From Geosiphon pyriformis uo1 (lineage: Eukaryota; Fungi; Glomeromycota): a DNA stretch of 64,000 bases. Positions 1-13,979 of this stretch are shown here, piece after piece. Position 1 is the first letter of the stretch, and the number at the start of each line of letters is the position of its first letter. Where the stretch lies: the NCBI GenBank assembly GCA_016748015.1, contig JAAOMT010000305.1, positions 33,687 to 97,686 of the forward strand, written 5' to 3'. The notes beneath the pieces are model-generated. The model was not told the origin of the DNA and ran no database searches. It saw nothing but the letters and a program-made list of their open reading frames with translations. A program made the position numbers and the translations under genes.

Positions 1-2170
1 TTATAAGTGTTATTAGTTTTAAAGAATTAGTTTATGTAATAAAAGATTTGCTAGATAGAAAAACTGCTGGTCTGAATGGTATTTTAAATAAACTGTGAAA
101 ACATTATAATAAAAATATTATTAAATGTCTTTTAGTTTTTTTAAACTTATATTTATTTTTGGATGCAATATTAATTTTATAAAAAAAGACATAAGTCTCT
201 ATAATATCTAAATTTTATAAGTAAAATAGAGTTTTTATAAACACTAAGCTAATTACTTTGATTGAAACAGCTAAGAAAATTTTTTTAAAATTTTTTTTAG
301 ATTGAATTTTATTTGCATGTACAATTTTTCTGTTTTAAAAAGTACTTTGATGTAGTTTTTTGTTTTTGTTATTGGCTTAATAATTAAAGATGCTTTGAAA
401 AAGAATAAAAAAATTTAATTAGTATTACAAAACATGTACAAAACATATAATTCTGTTGATTAGTTTTATTTAAAAACCAGTTTGCAGTATATCAAAATGT
501 GTGAGAAATTTATCAATTTCTTTAACAGCATTTATAAAAACAAGATAAATAGAGTTATAACAAACTTTGGCCTTATATATAAATATTAAGTACATAATAG
601 ATTATATCAAAATAAAATATTCTCTTTTTTTTTTAAAAAAATCTTCTATAACTCTCTTTTATATAAGGTTAAAAAACATGAACATTTATATAGATATTAA
701 ATTAATACCAGATTTATAGCCAAGACAAACAAAATAAATACCAAAAGAGAAAAGATTTTTTTTCTTATAACTAGTGTTTTTGTTAATAACACTATTAGGA
801 TTGAAAATAGTTAGATTTTTATACAATATATATTAAATATTGTCAGTAAATTATTTTTATTTAATAATATCTTAATTAATAATAATAAAACAATAGTTAT
901 TTTTATCAATTAACAAATTAAAAATGCTTTTTTAAGAATTAGTAGACTACTAATTTTAATTGTCAAAAGTAAAATACCATATAGATATTTGAATATTTTT
1001 TTATTGACAGATGATTTGTTAAAGCCCAGTATAATTAAGACTCAATTTGATATTAAGTTTTTTTTTAAATATGGTATTAAAAAAAGCTATTATAGATAAA
1101 CAATTTTTTTTATCTGGTTTCAGTTGTTCTGCAATTTATAATTAAGTTGCTGTTAATAAAATATTATAGTTAAAAAAGATTTTAGATTAAAAGCTGGTTT
1201 ATTTTACGATTTTTTTAGTAATATATTGCATCATTTTTTATTATATAATCTAAAAACGTTTGAGCAAGTTCAAATAAAAAAAAAATTGCTTCAACTATTG
1301 TTTTTGTAAATGCTGCTAGTATTTTTAGTTAACTTTTTGGTTATGTTCTTGAATTTTCAAGTTTTAAACTGGGCTTCTTTGAATTTTTGCAGCATCTAAT
1401 TTGGTTATAAGTAAGTTTTTTTAACAATTTTTGGCTAAATTAATATGTATTTTTTTGGACAATGGCTTTTTGTTAGTAAATAATTTGTTTTGTGTATTTT
1501 TCAATTTTCACAAGTTTTTTATATCAAGTGTTCTGAAAGCTTCTCTGTATTTTAATAAGATTGGTTCTTTAAAAAAATTTGGAATGACTTTTTGTAACAT
1601 ACTTTTGAACAAAAAAGGCAGAATAATAAATTAAAAAACATTTTGCTACTAAAAAAAATTAGATTCTATGAAGCTTATGCCTTTTTGGTTTGTTTTAATA
1701 TTAAAGTTTTTACATAATTCTAATCTTGTGTCAGTATCTTCTGGTATAACTTCTGGGTTGGTAAATGATAGTGTTTGTTGTCAAATAAATTTTCAATACT
1801 AAAAAAGTGTTTACATAAAATCTGGTCAAATGAAATCAATATATATACTAATAAGTTTTGGTTTTTCTGCTGTTACTAATAGAGCTGTTGCATATATTTT
1901 TAAAGTGAATTTAAGGATTGAGATCAAAGTTTATAAGTTATTGTTATTAACACTAACCAAATTATATGTTGTAGCTCCTTTTCTGAAGTGTATGTTTTTT
2001 TCTTGTGCTAAAATAGTGTATTTAAATAACCAGACTGTTATGAATACTTGTATTTTAGTATTGAAGTTATTAAGTTTAGACTTTTGTAATTACTGCTGAA
2101 TGAAAAAAAAACATATTGCAAATTTGATTAGAGATAAAAATTTTTTAGTAATTTGGTTAAAGGTTAAGAA
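1..2170 (+). mobile_element. Degenerate non-LTR (LINE-type) retrotransposon, RT + RNase H region; runs off the window start
   Basis: Decayed motifs in LINE order: KTAGLNGILNKL*KH (~60-105), TKLITLIETAKKI (~243-280), VLQNMYKTYNSV (~422-457, for D-x-x-KAYDSV), NRVITNFGL (~548), FVNNT (~779, for FVDD). An RNase H-like region follows (IYTN ~1840; WLKVK ~2155). Many stops. Confidence 0.75.
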
Positions 2171-3091
2171 ATTATTGCCAAAAAAGCTGAAATTTTTATA
2201 TAAAAATTTAATTTCTTAGATATAAAGCTTATTTTATCTTATATATTATATATTCTATTTACAAAAAACTTCAACAAACTAGTTAGTTTTGAGCTAAACA
2301 AAACTTTTTAAATAGAATATCTCATAAATAATTTGATTTCACCAGAGTTTAATTTTTTTAGAGAAAATAATATTATGATTAAAAACCATAATTTTATTAG
2401 TTATTACATATATTAGCCACTAATATTATATAATTTTCTGCACTATTTTTAAATAGTAATTATTAACTTAATCAATAATTTAATTGTTAATCTAACTATT
2501 AATTTGATCATTAATCTAATTAATAATCTGATTGTTGACTATTTTTAATAGCTATATAAGCAATAAGTTTTTTATATATAAAAATATATGTAAGAAATCA
2601 AAAAAATAAAACAATATCTATTAACTTAATCTTTTTCTTATTGTTTATTTTCTTTTTTTTCTTTTTTACTTTCAAGTATTTGAATATTTTGAAATAAAAA
2701 ATTACTTGTTGATATTTATCTATCTTTTTTTAATTTATATAATTGTAATATTTGAAAATTATTAAATAAAATATGATTAAAAAATATATTTGATATTTAA
2801 TATCAAATTTTAAAAGTGCTAATATAAAACATAGAATTGTATCAGTATGTTATTATTTATTAACAGTACAGATCATCTCTCTACTTTTAAATTTTCTAAT
2901 TATTTTTTGGAAAAATTAACAACTAAGATATTTTATGAGATTAATTTTATATATTAAATTTATACTCATTTAATTTACTCTTTAAAGTTGAATTCTCTTT
3001 AATTAATTTATTATTTTACAATCTTGTTCTTCTTTGTTATTTGTTAATTTTTTACTTTAATTTATAATAATATCTTTAGTTTACCGAAATA

Positions 3092-3688
3092 CAGAGGGTG
3101 TCCAAAAGTTTCCGAACAAACTTTGGAGTAACATTCCACATGCTTGAATAATTAGAAAAGCACGAGTTTATTACTAAATTAAGTTAGTTAATTATTTAAT
3201 TACCCGTTTTTTATTTTTTAAACACGCGTGTATAATGTTTTTTCGCGCATAATCGATTTTATTCATACTCGTTTTTTTATGAAAATGAAATGTAACGCGC
3301 ATATAAGATTTTTTCGTTTTTATTAAAACGAAATGGGAGCAAAAAAAGAATTAACGATTGCTCAACGTAATACTATATGCTTATTACAACAGCATGGCAA
3401 GAAATATCGTGATATTGCCAACATAGTCAATTGCAGCTTGACAACAGTTTCGGATACAATAAAACGATTTAAAGAAACTGGTTCAATTGATTCAAGACCT
3501 CGTTCAGGACGTCCACGTTTATTTACTCACCAAAAATATCGCCGACTTAAACGCTTAGTAACACTTAATGGAAAAATTTAGAAAATTACTATAAAATTAT
3601 AAATATGTTGTTTATTTTGTTTTATTTTATAAAAAAATATTATTATTGTTAAATAAAATCTTGTTCGGAAACTTTTGGACACCCTCTG
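3092..3688 (+). mobile_element. Internally deleted Tc1/mariner element (597 bp, MITE-like)
   Basis: Perfect 28-bp TIRs: CAGAGGGTGTCCAAAAGTTTCCGAACAA at 3092-3119 and its reverse complement at 3661-3688. TA TSDs at 3090-3091 and 3689-3690. Confidence 0.95.
3333..3581 (+). CDS. Truncated Tc1 transposase, N-terminal paired-like HTH domain only
   Basis: 82 aa HTH (YRDIANIVNCSLTTVSDTIKRF) followed by the GRPR linker. No DDE domain before the right TIR. Confidence 0.85.
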   Translation: MGAKKELTIAQRNTICLLQQHGKKYRDIANIVNCSLTTVSDTIKRFKETGSIDSRPRSGRPRLFTHQKYRRLKRLVTLNGKI

Positions 3689-5648
3689 TATTAGAAAAAA
3701 ATACTAAATTATTAATAGTATTACAATAAATAGTATAAAAAAAGCTTTTTTTTTAAGAAAATATATTTTTAGGTCTGAATTTAAAATAATTTTCTTGAAC
3801 ATATTTTTTTTTTTTTTTTAGTTTTTATATTTTTATTTTATATTATTTAAGTAACTTATAGTTAAAATTTTTTGTAAAAGAATTAATTTATACAATAAAA
3901 TAATTACACATTATTTAGAAAATTTACAAATAAGATTTTTTTAAAAAAAAATTAACTTTTATTACAAAATAATTACACAAAATAATTGGTATAGAATTAA
4001 TTATTCTATTATAAATTTAACAATATATATAATTTAAAGTATAAAAAATATTTTGAAAGAAAAATTAGCTTATTAAAGAGTTTTTAACTTTTATCAATAG
4101 CAAAATTAACAGCAAAACAATATTAATAACATTAAAAAAAAGATAGAAAAATTTCTGATAACAATGGTTTTTTTTGTGTTAAAACAATATTTATTTTATT
4201 TTTTTTAGTATTCACAACTCCAGTTAAACTACCAATTAGTTTTATAGTCACAAACAGATGTGTATTAAAATAAATAATTAATAATTTTATAAAAAATATA
4301 AAATATTAATTTAAAATTATTAAAACTTAAATATAAAAATATATTTAAAATAAAAAATTAAATAAAAAATTATTAAATACTTAAATAAAATAAAAACAAA
4401 TAGTTTTTTTAATTTATATAGCTTAATATAAGTTTAAATTATTGGTTATATACAAAAAATGTGTAAGTAATATTTTTGTTACATATTTTAAGTTTTAATT
4501 AAATTATATTTAATTTTTTCCAATTTTAAAAGTTACAATTATTTTTACTTTAAAATAATAAAACAAATTTTATTCAATATTAAAATATATAAAACAATAA
4601 TAATGTCAATTTAACAAAACAAAAATAATTTAATGAATATTGCACAATACAATAATTATTAAAGAAACAATTATATTATATAGGCATACGGNNNNNNNNN
4701 NNNNNNNNNNNNNNNNNNNNNNNNNNNNNNNNNNNNNNNNNNNNNNNNNNNNNNNNNNNNNNNNNNNNNNNNNNNNNNNNNNNNNNNNNNNNNNNNNNNN
4801 NNNNNNNNNNNNNNNNNNNNNNNNNNNNNNNNNNNNNNNNNNNNNNNNNNNNNNNNNNNNNNNNNNNNNNNNNNNNNNNNNNNNNNNNNNNNNNNNNNNN
4901 NNNNNNNNNNNNNNNNNNNNNNNNNNNNNNNNNNNNNNNNNNNNNNNNNNNNNNNNNNNNNNNNNNNNNNNNNNNNNNNNNNNNNNNNNNNNNNNNNNNN
5001 NNNNNNNNNNNNNNNNNNNNNNNNNNNNNNNNNNNNNNNNNNNNNNNNNNNNNNNNNNNNNNNNNNNNNNNNNNNNNNNNNNNNNNNNNNNNNNNNNNNN
5101 NNNNNNNNNNNNNNNNNNNNNNNNNNNNNNNNNNNNNNNNNNNNNNNNNNNNNNNNNNNNNNNNNNNNNNNNNNNNNNNNNNNNNNNNNNNNNNNNNNNN
5201 NNNNNNNNNNNNNNNNNNNNNNNNNNNNNNNNNNNNNNNNNNNNNNNNNNNNNNNNNNNNNNNNNNNNNNNNNNNNNNNNNNNNNNNNNNNNNNNNNNNN
5301 NNNNNNNNNNNNNNNNNNNNNNNNNNNNNNNNNNNNNNNNNNNNNNNNNNNNNNNNNNNNNNNNNNNNNNNNNNNNNNNNNNNNNNNNNNNNNNNNNNNN
5401 NNNNNNNNNNNNNNNNNNNNNNNNNNNNNNNNNNNNNNNNNNNNNNNNNNNNNNNNNNNNNNNNNNNNNNNNNNNNNNNNNNNNNNNNNNNNNNNNNNNN
5501 NNNNNNNNNNNNNNNNNNNNNNNNNNNNNNNNNNNNNNNNNNNNNNNNNNNNNNNNNNNNNNNNNNNNNNNNNNNNNNNNNNNNNNNNNNNNNNNNNNNN
5601 NNNNNNNNNNNNNNNNNNNNNNNNNNNNNNNNNNNNNNNNNNNNNNNA

Positions 5649-6167
5649 CTAGGTCAAGGCCGAAGTGGTAAAACGCTCTTATGCGAATTTCGCGGTGAAA
5701 CAATTGCTTTAAAGACTGTCGACTTGGCAAAAGCACCACCATATCTTCTGGAAGAAATGCAAAAAGAAGTAGAGATCTATGAAAGTCTTGCTGATATCCA
5801 GGGACAATATATTCCGAAATTGGTTTGTCATGGATATTATGGAGGTGGGATGTGCTTCATTATTGGATTGACCATTGTTGGTACCCCATTGGATAAGCAC
5901 AAAATAACGAAACAGCAAAGTTCAAGAGCTCTTAAGGCATTAGAAGCTATCCACAAGCATGGCATTCTCCAAAATGACATTCGAGAGGAAAATATTTTAG
6001 TTGATGACAGTGGAGACATCTATTTGATAGATTTTGGAATAGCAAGTCGGGCAGACATAAAAAAGGAGCGAAAGCTTTTTGAGGAAGAACAGATGAAATT
6101 ATCTCGTTTACTAAATGAATATACAGTCATGCCTCCACAGTTGCCCTGTCAGTTCCCAGGAATCTGA
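5649..6167 (+). CDS. Protein kinase-like domain, 3' part of a gene whose 5' end is in the gap
   Basis: Frame is open from the gap edge: LGQGRSG glycine loop, IALK, helix-C Glu (KEVEIY), catalytic loop QNDIREENIL, DFG. Confidence 0.85.
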   Translation, partial: LGQGRSGKTLLCEFRGETIALKTVDLAKAPPYLLEEMQKEVEIYESLADIQGQYIPKLVCHGYYGGGMCFIIGLTIVGTPLDKHKITKQQSSRALKALEAIHKHGILQNDIREENILVDDSGDIYLIDFGIASRADIKKERKLFEEEQMKLSRLLNEYTVMPPQLPCQFPGI

Positions 6168-6676
6168 TGATTGTATAGAGGTGTGACTACAAAAACTGTC
6201 TTAGAGATAAGCCTATGTTTGGTCATTCTCAATAAGATTAATGTGGTCATAGAATTTGAGTTGATTATTGCTAGAATAAAAATAGTCATTTTATTGAATT
6301 CCATTGTAATCCTTGTGTATTTTGAATGAGGTAATAAATGGAATCACACTGCTGCAACATTTGTAATTTAATGCGTTTTATTTTATTTCGCCCATTTTTT
6401 TAGGTCAAATGACAGGGAGTTTTCTTTGGAACTCGTTGTTGGTATTTCACTTAGACCATTAACTTAAGAATGCCAGAGTAGTAAATGTAAGTTTCAATCA
6501 AACGTGATTTATTCCGGACTTAACGATCGACAGAAACTACAGTAATAGTAAAATAGTTTGGAGTCTCAGATCAACTCGAAATTGATGCCTTTGTTTGAAC
6601 ACATATGCAGATTACTGTTATGAAAGTGATAAAATTTAATAATAATTAAAACGGCTCTACTGAATATGAAAAAGCA

Positions 6677-7615
6677 ATGCGTTTCTTGGAGATAGGTTGC
6701 AATTGTGGTTGCTCAAAAATAATTCCGAAAGAAAAGTTTGCTGAATTGCGTGAGGCGTTTCAAGCTCTCTCTAGATCCGAACAAGATATATTTTTAATGG
6801 CCCAACTGAAAGCACTGAATGATGGAGAAATAACCGCCAGCCGACGTCTTAGAAAGAAAACACGTACTAATAAGCGAACGTTTTACTATTGAGATCGCAA
6901 TACGCCTCTTTGTCAGCAAATGTATCTCAATATGTTAGGAATTGGTCGCACTCATTTCGAAAATGTCAGAAACCATCTAGCAACGAATGGCATAATACCG
7001 CGTGTTCATGGTAATGTAAAAAGAGTGCCGCGATGGAAAACCAAAATAACCATAGATATAACCGTCGCTACCACCGTAAAGAATTTTCTCGAGAATTACG
7101 CTGAAATTCATGGATTACCAAGTCCTGGTAGAAATGTCAATCGCATTACTCAATCACTTACACTATTCCCAGCCGAAACGAGTTATAAATCGGTCTATCG
7201 TGATTTTATTGCAGGTCATGAAAACGATAGCACATTGAAATTGTTAAAATATGATGCGTTTCGCAAGTTATGGCACCAATTAACGTCTTATATTCAAACC
7301 ATGATTCCAAGAACGGATTTATGTGACAAGTGCCAACATTTTCGGAACGGCTTACAGTATAATGCTCGCAAGGAAGAAGTGAAAGATTTACTAAAAAAGT
7401 ACAAAGAACATCTAGTTAAGGCTAAGTTGGAGAGAAATTATTACAACAAAATACGAAATTAGCAGAGCAACAAAGAAAATTAGTAGACGAGAATTATCTT
7501 GTGACAGGAGGTAAAACTGATTATTGTAGCGTTGATGCCACAGCTCATTACAGTTACGATTGAGCACAAAATGTTCACGTACCGCATTCTGATCAACAAG
7601 TCAGTAAGATTTATT
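6677..7615 (+). pseudogene. Truncated Sola-like DNA transposase
   Basis: ORFs 6677-6892 and 6920-7462 share a frame across one TGA. Motifs: CxCGC, C..YL..LGI, RVHGN, HGLPSPGR, FRKLW, PRTDLCDKC. After a frameshift near 7450 comes HYSYD*AQNVHVPHSDQQVSKIY, containing the first catalytic Asp. The rest is lost. Family call is from motif recall. Confidence 0.65.
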
Positions 7616-9348
7616 GAAAATCAGACTGAGTTAACCAAAAATATGCAAGAAGATAAAGATTATAAGATAATAAATTTTATTATAATGATGGTATTAAAGT
7701 AGAATGGTTATTTTTAATAGACTAGTTCAAAAAATAAACATAATTAAAAAATGCACTTGGCTTATACAATTTTACATTTAATTTGTGTTTTAATTTTATC
7801 AAAAATTGTCATATTTTGATTGTTTAAATTCAGAATTTTAATAACTTTATACAAAACAAGATTTGAAAACAAATAATTAACTTATTAAATACTTTATTTG
7901 AATAAATTCGATTATAAATTTTAATATTGAAAATAAATCAATTACCAAAATACCAATACAATCTTAAAATTAACTATTAATAAAAATATAACTATGAAAA
8001 AAATCAATTAATTATTAATAACTTAGATAACTATTATGTATTTATAAACTTTAAAAAAAACAATATTTATTAAATTGTATTCAGAAAAAAATGTTTGTAA
8101 AAAAATCAAACTTTATTTAATTTTTAAAAGTGTTTCCAAAAAATTATAAATTTGTAAAAATTTTTGAAAAACTCAAACTCCAAAAATATTGACTGATTAA
8201 TACTAAATAATATTAACAAAATATATCAAGTTTTGTGATGTTTTTCAAAAAAAACTCAATTGAAAAGAAATTTTGTATATAATATCATTTGGTTAATTTT
8301 TTGATTAAATTAAAATTATTTTTAAATCTTTAACAATAATTGTTATAATATAAAATCTTTATTTAATAAACTAAAAGAACTTAAACGAGAAACAAAATTG
8401 AAAATAGATTTTATTCTCAATAAAAAAGTTATATATATGATAATTAATAAATTATGCAAAAATACGAAATAATAATTATTGTTAATTAAAGAATAAAATT
8501 TATTTATAGAAAATATATATATAAATAACTATTAATAATATATTATATAATTAAAAAAGCTTTTAAGATATTGCAATCTATATACAGTCCTCCGAAAAAG
8601 TAATAGCAAAGTATTTTTTTATTTTTATTTTTTTTATACATAATAATTTCTGTTTAAATTTTAATATTTAATAGATATATAAATAAAGAATATATATGCA
8701 AAAAATTAATATTTACTATATCTTTCTTTTACATTAATACAATCTTGAATTTGATTTTGAATATTAATAATACAGTTAAAAATGGTCTTATAAGACAGAT
8801 TATTTTATTTTTTTTCTACTATTGTAATAAAAATTATTTAAGAAATATTTTTTTGTGTGCTATTTTTGGAATGACTATTTTTTTAATATTTTGATTTTAA
8901 GAATAGCCCAAATATTCTCAATTAAATTAAAATTTAAACTATATGATGGCCAAAACAAAATATGATTTGGCAATTATATTTTTTGAAGTATGTTTTGGAT
9001 TGTTATTATGCTGAAAAATCCAATACTATTGTCTATATATGCTAATTGTATTGTAATATATATTTTTATTGAAAATTTTACAATAAAAATATTAGTCCAT
9101 ATTTTCTGTAAAGATACTATTTCAACTTTTTTATATGCATAAATTGCTTCTTACCTATAAAGTTTAAATGGATGTTTTACTATTGATGTAATAAGTTTAC
9201 CTAAATAAGACCAAGCCAAGCAAGTATTTCAAAATATTTGTAAAGTTTTTTTATCTAAAAATACTACTTTGCATCAATTATAATTAGAATATTTTTAAAC
9301 TCATACTAATTAGTTTTGTTTGGCTTGCTCAGTAAATAAAAGTACACA

Positions 9349-10156
9349 TTTTAGTGAGTAAGCACAATATTAGAAAATTATGACATATTGCTTAACAATA
9401 TACATATTATCAATAAATTATAACACACTGCTTAACAATAAGCTCATTGTCGAAAAATCATGGCATTTTGCTCAGCAATATATACACTGTCAGAAAAATT
9501 AAGGCATATTGCTCAAAAAATATGTGATTTTATATAACAAAAATTTTATATATATAACAAAAATTATATATATATAGCAAGAGTATTAGAAGCAAAAAAA
9601 GAGACAAAATTTGTTAAAGTTTTAAATCTCCAATATTTTTTTTTCAAAAAATAGTTTTTTATAACTTGAAGTGAAATTACATTAATATTAATAAAATATC
9701 TACTTATTATTTAAATTTATGTTATTATTATTTGATTAAGAATATTAATCAATTTTATTTTATTAACATTTTATGTAATACTAATTTCTTAATTTTTTTT
9801 CTTATTTTCTATTATTTTTGTTTGTTTTGTTTCTTTGTTGTTTATTAATTGTATAAAAAAATTAAGTACTAAATATTTAATGTTAAAAATAGCCTGGTAA
9901 AAAACCCAAAAATAAGAGTAGAAATTTAAAAATAATTTATCAAAAAGACATAACTGCTAAAATAAACTAGCTATTATGCTAAAGAAAAAAATTCACAGAA
10001 TACACTTCCAAAAAGATATAAAACATTAATTGAATCTCTGTTTATTATACAAAAAACTCAATCAAAATCTTTAGAAAGTATTAATATCTACAATTATTAA
10101 GTACTAAGTTACAAATTTGTTATTTGTTTTAACATTCTAAATGATTATTTGTAATA
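9349..10156 (+). repeat. 5' LTR of element A (5'-truncated, internal deletions)
   Basis: Colinear with ~39300-40209. Ends ...TTTGTAATA, then TTTGGTGC. Confidence 0.85.
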
Positions 10157-12986
10157 TTTGGTGCTTTCTGTAAAGTATAATTTAGCAAAAAACCAGCATC
10201 AACAATAATTATCTGAAACAGTAACAAAATCAGAAAAAATAGAGACAAACCACTTGAAATTCATTAAAGCTTTATTCCAATACTATTAAATTTATCTTAA
10301 ATTGACAAATAGTCATTGGCCAGCAGAATCAACTTTTAATTTCTACATTAACAAAAAGATTAAATCTTATTTGGGAGACCAAGAAAATCCAGAAGCAGTT
10401 CTTAACAAATTTTATAATAAATTACTTTAGAACACTATATTTTCACAAAATTATTTGTTTATTCTACTAATTACAGAAATTAACAGAAAAATTGAGAATC
10501 ACCCTTGATAAAAATTTCTTATTAATTTTGCAAACAACAAAAAAAAAAATTACAAACACTAACAAAAACACAAAAGAGAATACAATTGCCTATATAAAAG
10601 AAACCAAAAATAGTTTTATATATTTACCTATTATACTATTATATATCAGAAAGTACTATTTACATACCATTAGAACTCATATTATAATCAATATTGAAAA
10701 CATTATTACTCAGAATATTGTTCCAAAATTAGCAAAAAAAAGCCAGATTATTAGAAACCTATAGCAATTTTTTTAAAAGATTTAAATTACAATTAATAAT
10801 ATTATTAAGACTTTAATCTCTGTCACCTTAACCAAATTTCGAATTTACCAGTTAGTAGAAAGATATAAATCAGAAAAAAACACAGTAATCAGAAAAATAA
10901 TAGTCAAAATCCAATTTCTAATAACTCAGAAGTTCAAACTTCAATTGTTCTAACTCAGCAAAACCCAAACAATCCAAATTCAGTTTACAAAATTTACCTT
11001 CAGTAAATCTGATTAATCAATTATTAAATACACCAATTACCACTTTATAACAATCACAACAACAACAATAACAACAACAATAACAATAACAACACCTTTT
11101 ATTAATAATATATACACCTATTATTAAACTTGAAAAATTTACTGGCAAAAAAGACAACACTTAAGCATGGCTTAATAATATAACCAAAGCAATTACTGTC
11201 AATAATTAGAACAATACCAGAGCTCTTTAAGCCATTCTCTATTTTTTATAGAATACTATCAATTTGTAATATCAAAACTTTATTAACAAGCCACAAACTT
11301 TTAATGTATTTAAAACCACATTTTTATAATATTTTAGCAAAAATAATAACATCAATTGTTTGTTAATTAGTTTCACTACAATAAAACAAGGAGACACAGA
11401 AGCAGTCACTATATACTTGGGACATTTTTATTAAAATCTGTATCAGATCTATGTAATTAAAGCTAACTACTTCACAGTACTACAAATCTTGAATCAATTT
11501 ATTTATAAATTACACAGTAGCTTTTTATAATAAGGATATCCAATGTACTTAAATACTATTCAAGACACAATTATCCATGTTAAAAATTTTGAATTGGCTG
11601 AGCTTAAAGTCAACTATGTTTAAGCTATGAATCTAGTAATAAACAAATTATTTGAATTGGATACCAAATTAAAACAATTTAGTAATTTGATTAATCAAAA
11701 GTTAAAAGAATATTTAGTTAACAATTAGTCAATTTATTAACTTTTACAATATCATAAAAATCAAAAAAATTCCAACTGCTTTCAACAATAATTGTGTTTG
11801 TCATTATCATCAAATTAACTATAACAACAGAAAACATATAATTGCTACTACTATAATAAACAAGGCCACTTAAAAGCAGATTGTTGTTTAAAAAGAAATA
11901 ACTAATGATCAAAAAATCAATATTAAAACTCTGATTACAAGTTTTATACTCCAAACTATGCTAGCACATTATTATTAAAACAATATTTATTATTTTATAC
12001 ACCAATAATGCAACAACCAATATATTTATCTCCAATTTATCAAACTTCAACATTGGTAATTTATTAAGCTCTATAATTATAAGTAATCTATTAACTCTAA
12101 CAAATTCTAACACCATCTCAAATTATGGTGCCAACAAAAAACCAAAAACCAAAAATTATCCACACTTAACAAAATTAGAAATCAGCAATAGTTATACATC
12201 AACCAATCTCCAGTTTATCAAACAAACTATTAGAATCATGTCTTAGAAATTCAGAAAATAGATACACCTAAAATCTGAATTCCCAAAACTATTTAAGCCT
12301 TTTGACTGTAACAGAAAACACTTTATTTAATCATTTAGAAACCAATTCAATAATACTTATCAACAATAGTTCACTAACAACTATTATGAAAAATAAATTA
12401 CTTGCAGCCATTTTTTGCCTAAACTTAAAAAAATCAGCTAGAATGTTTCTGTTTAATGAAGCTACTTTTGATGTCAAACCAATTACTATCATATATACTA
12501 ATGCCAAAGTTGATGGCTATTCCATTAAGCTAATCTTTGATAGTAGTTTTGTAGACAGTATTATCACATAACAACTCATAGATCAATTAGGTTGCTGAAT
12601 TAATCAAGCTGTTAGTGCTAAAATTATTACTATTAATAAAACAACAAAGACTCCAATTGGTAAAATCAAGAACTTCTCTTTTAAAGTTAACAGTATTGTT
12701 ATGTTTATTAAGGTTTTTATTATAGAAATCATGCAGTATCAAGTACTAATTGGTAATGACTGGCTATTTAAGACCAATATTGTGTTCAATTGAACTATTC
12801 AAAAGCTACAATTTAGTCAAAATAGTTAACAAACTCAGATACTAGCTTTTTGTGACTATTTTAAACCAACTATTATATATTTACTAATAAAATTTGAGAA
12901 AAAAAAAGAAAAACCTATCTGAAAAGCTTATCAAGTTTTATGGGTCAAAAAAAATTACAACAAACTACTACCAATTCTAATCTGAG

Positions 12987-13018
<32 letters not shown>

Positions 13019-13111
13019 ATAATAATTCCAAGTCACTATTTTAATATATATTCTATACAACGTTATATTACCAAAATGATCAAATTATTATTAACCAAAA
13101 TTAATATACAT

Positions 13112-13979
13112 TGTTACAAATGATTATTTGGATAAGTAGAATAAATAACAAATTTGTAACTTAGTGCTCAATTGATATAATGGTGTTGGTTTTTGAAGGT
13201 TTTTATATCTAAAAGTTTTAGTAGTCTTTTGTATAATGAACAGAGATTCAATAGTTGTGTTAGTAGTCTCTCAAAATTGTAATTCCATCAAATTTTTTTC
13301 TTAGCATGATAGCTGGCAATTTTTTGGTAAGTAATCCTTAAATTTAAGTGTCTACCTTTTTACAAGAGTCTTTTACTAGGCAATCCTTAACATCAATAAC
13401 TCAGTACTTAATTCTTAATCAATTAGTATACAACAAAACAAAATGAAAAAATAAAATAAAATTAAAACATAAAAAAAATAAGCCAAGGTACTTTAAAGAT
13501 TAATATTCTATTAATAGCCATAATTAAGAACTATTGGTCTAGTATAATTAAGTATTAACATAAGTTGTTAATAAGGAAAAGATAGATTGTAATCGTAACA
13601 AATATTTTATTGATATTTGATGTTTTTACTTTAAGTTATAAAATACTATTATATTAAGAAATGGGTATGAGATTGAAACTAAAGATTCTAAACTAAGAAC
13701 TCTTTTTTTTTGTTTCTAATACTACCACTATATATACATAAATTTCATTGTTTAAAATTCCTTGAATTCCTCTATTCTCTAACCAGGAATCCTGAAATCT
13801 TGTAATTTCTTAAGAAAAATTCTGGAATTCTTGAATTCTACAATTTCTCATACAAGAATTCTGTAATTCTGGAATTTTGCAATTCCTGAAAAGAATCTTA
13901 AAATTCCACTTTTACTATGTCTTATTCTGATTGACTAATTTATGTATTAATATATAATTCCTATATTCTATAAGTAATA
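13112..13979 (-). repeat. 3' LTR of element C
   Basis: TGTTACA...GTAATA. Colinear with the joined pieces 22107-22329, 32361-32791 and 33770-34011. Confidence 0.9.

Noticed and set aside
4630-5742. Long ORFs in the track running through N runs (also 45784-46344, 47473-47977, 48426-49251, 50376-50927)
   Set aside because: Artefacts of assembly gaps; only flanking segments with recognisable motifs were kept.
12987-13016. ~30-nt poly(A) run as a retroposed tail
   Set aside because: It aligns with the purine-rich Lys/Glu/Gly-coding tract of B (~26073-26100), so G>A decay or slippage explains it.
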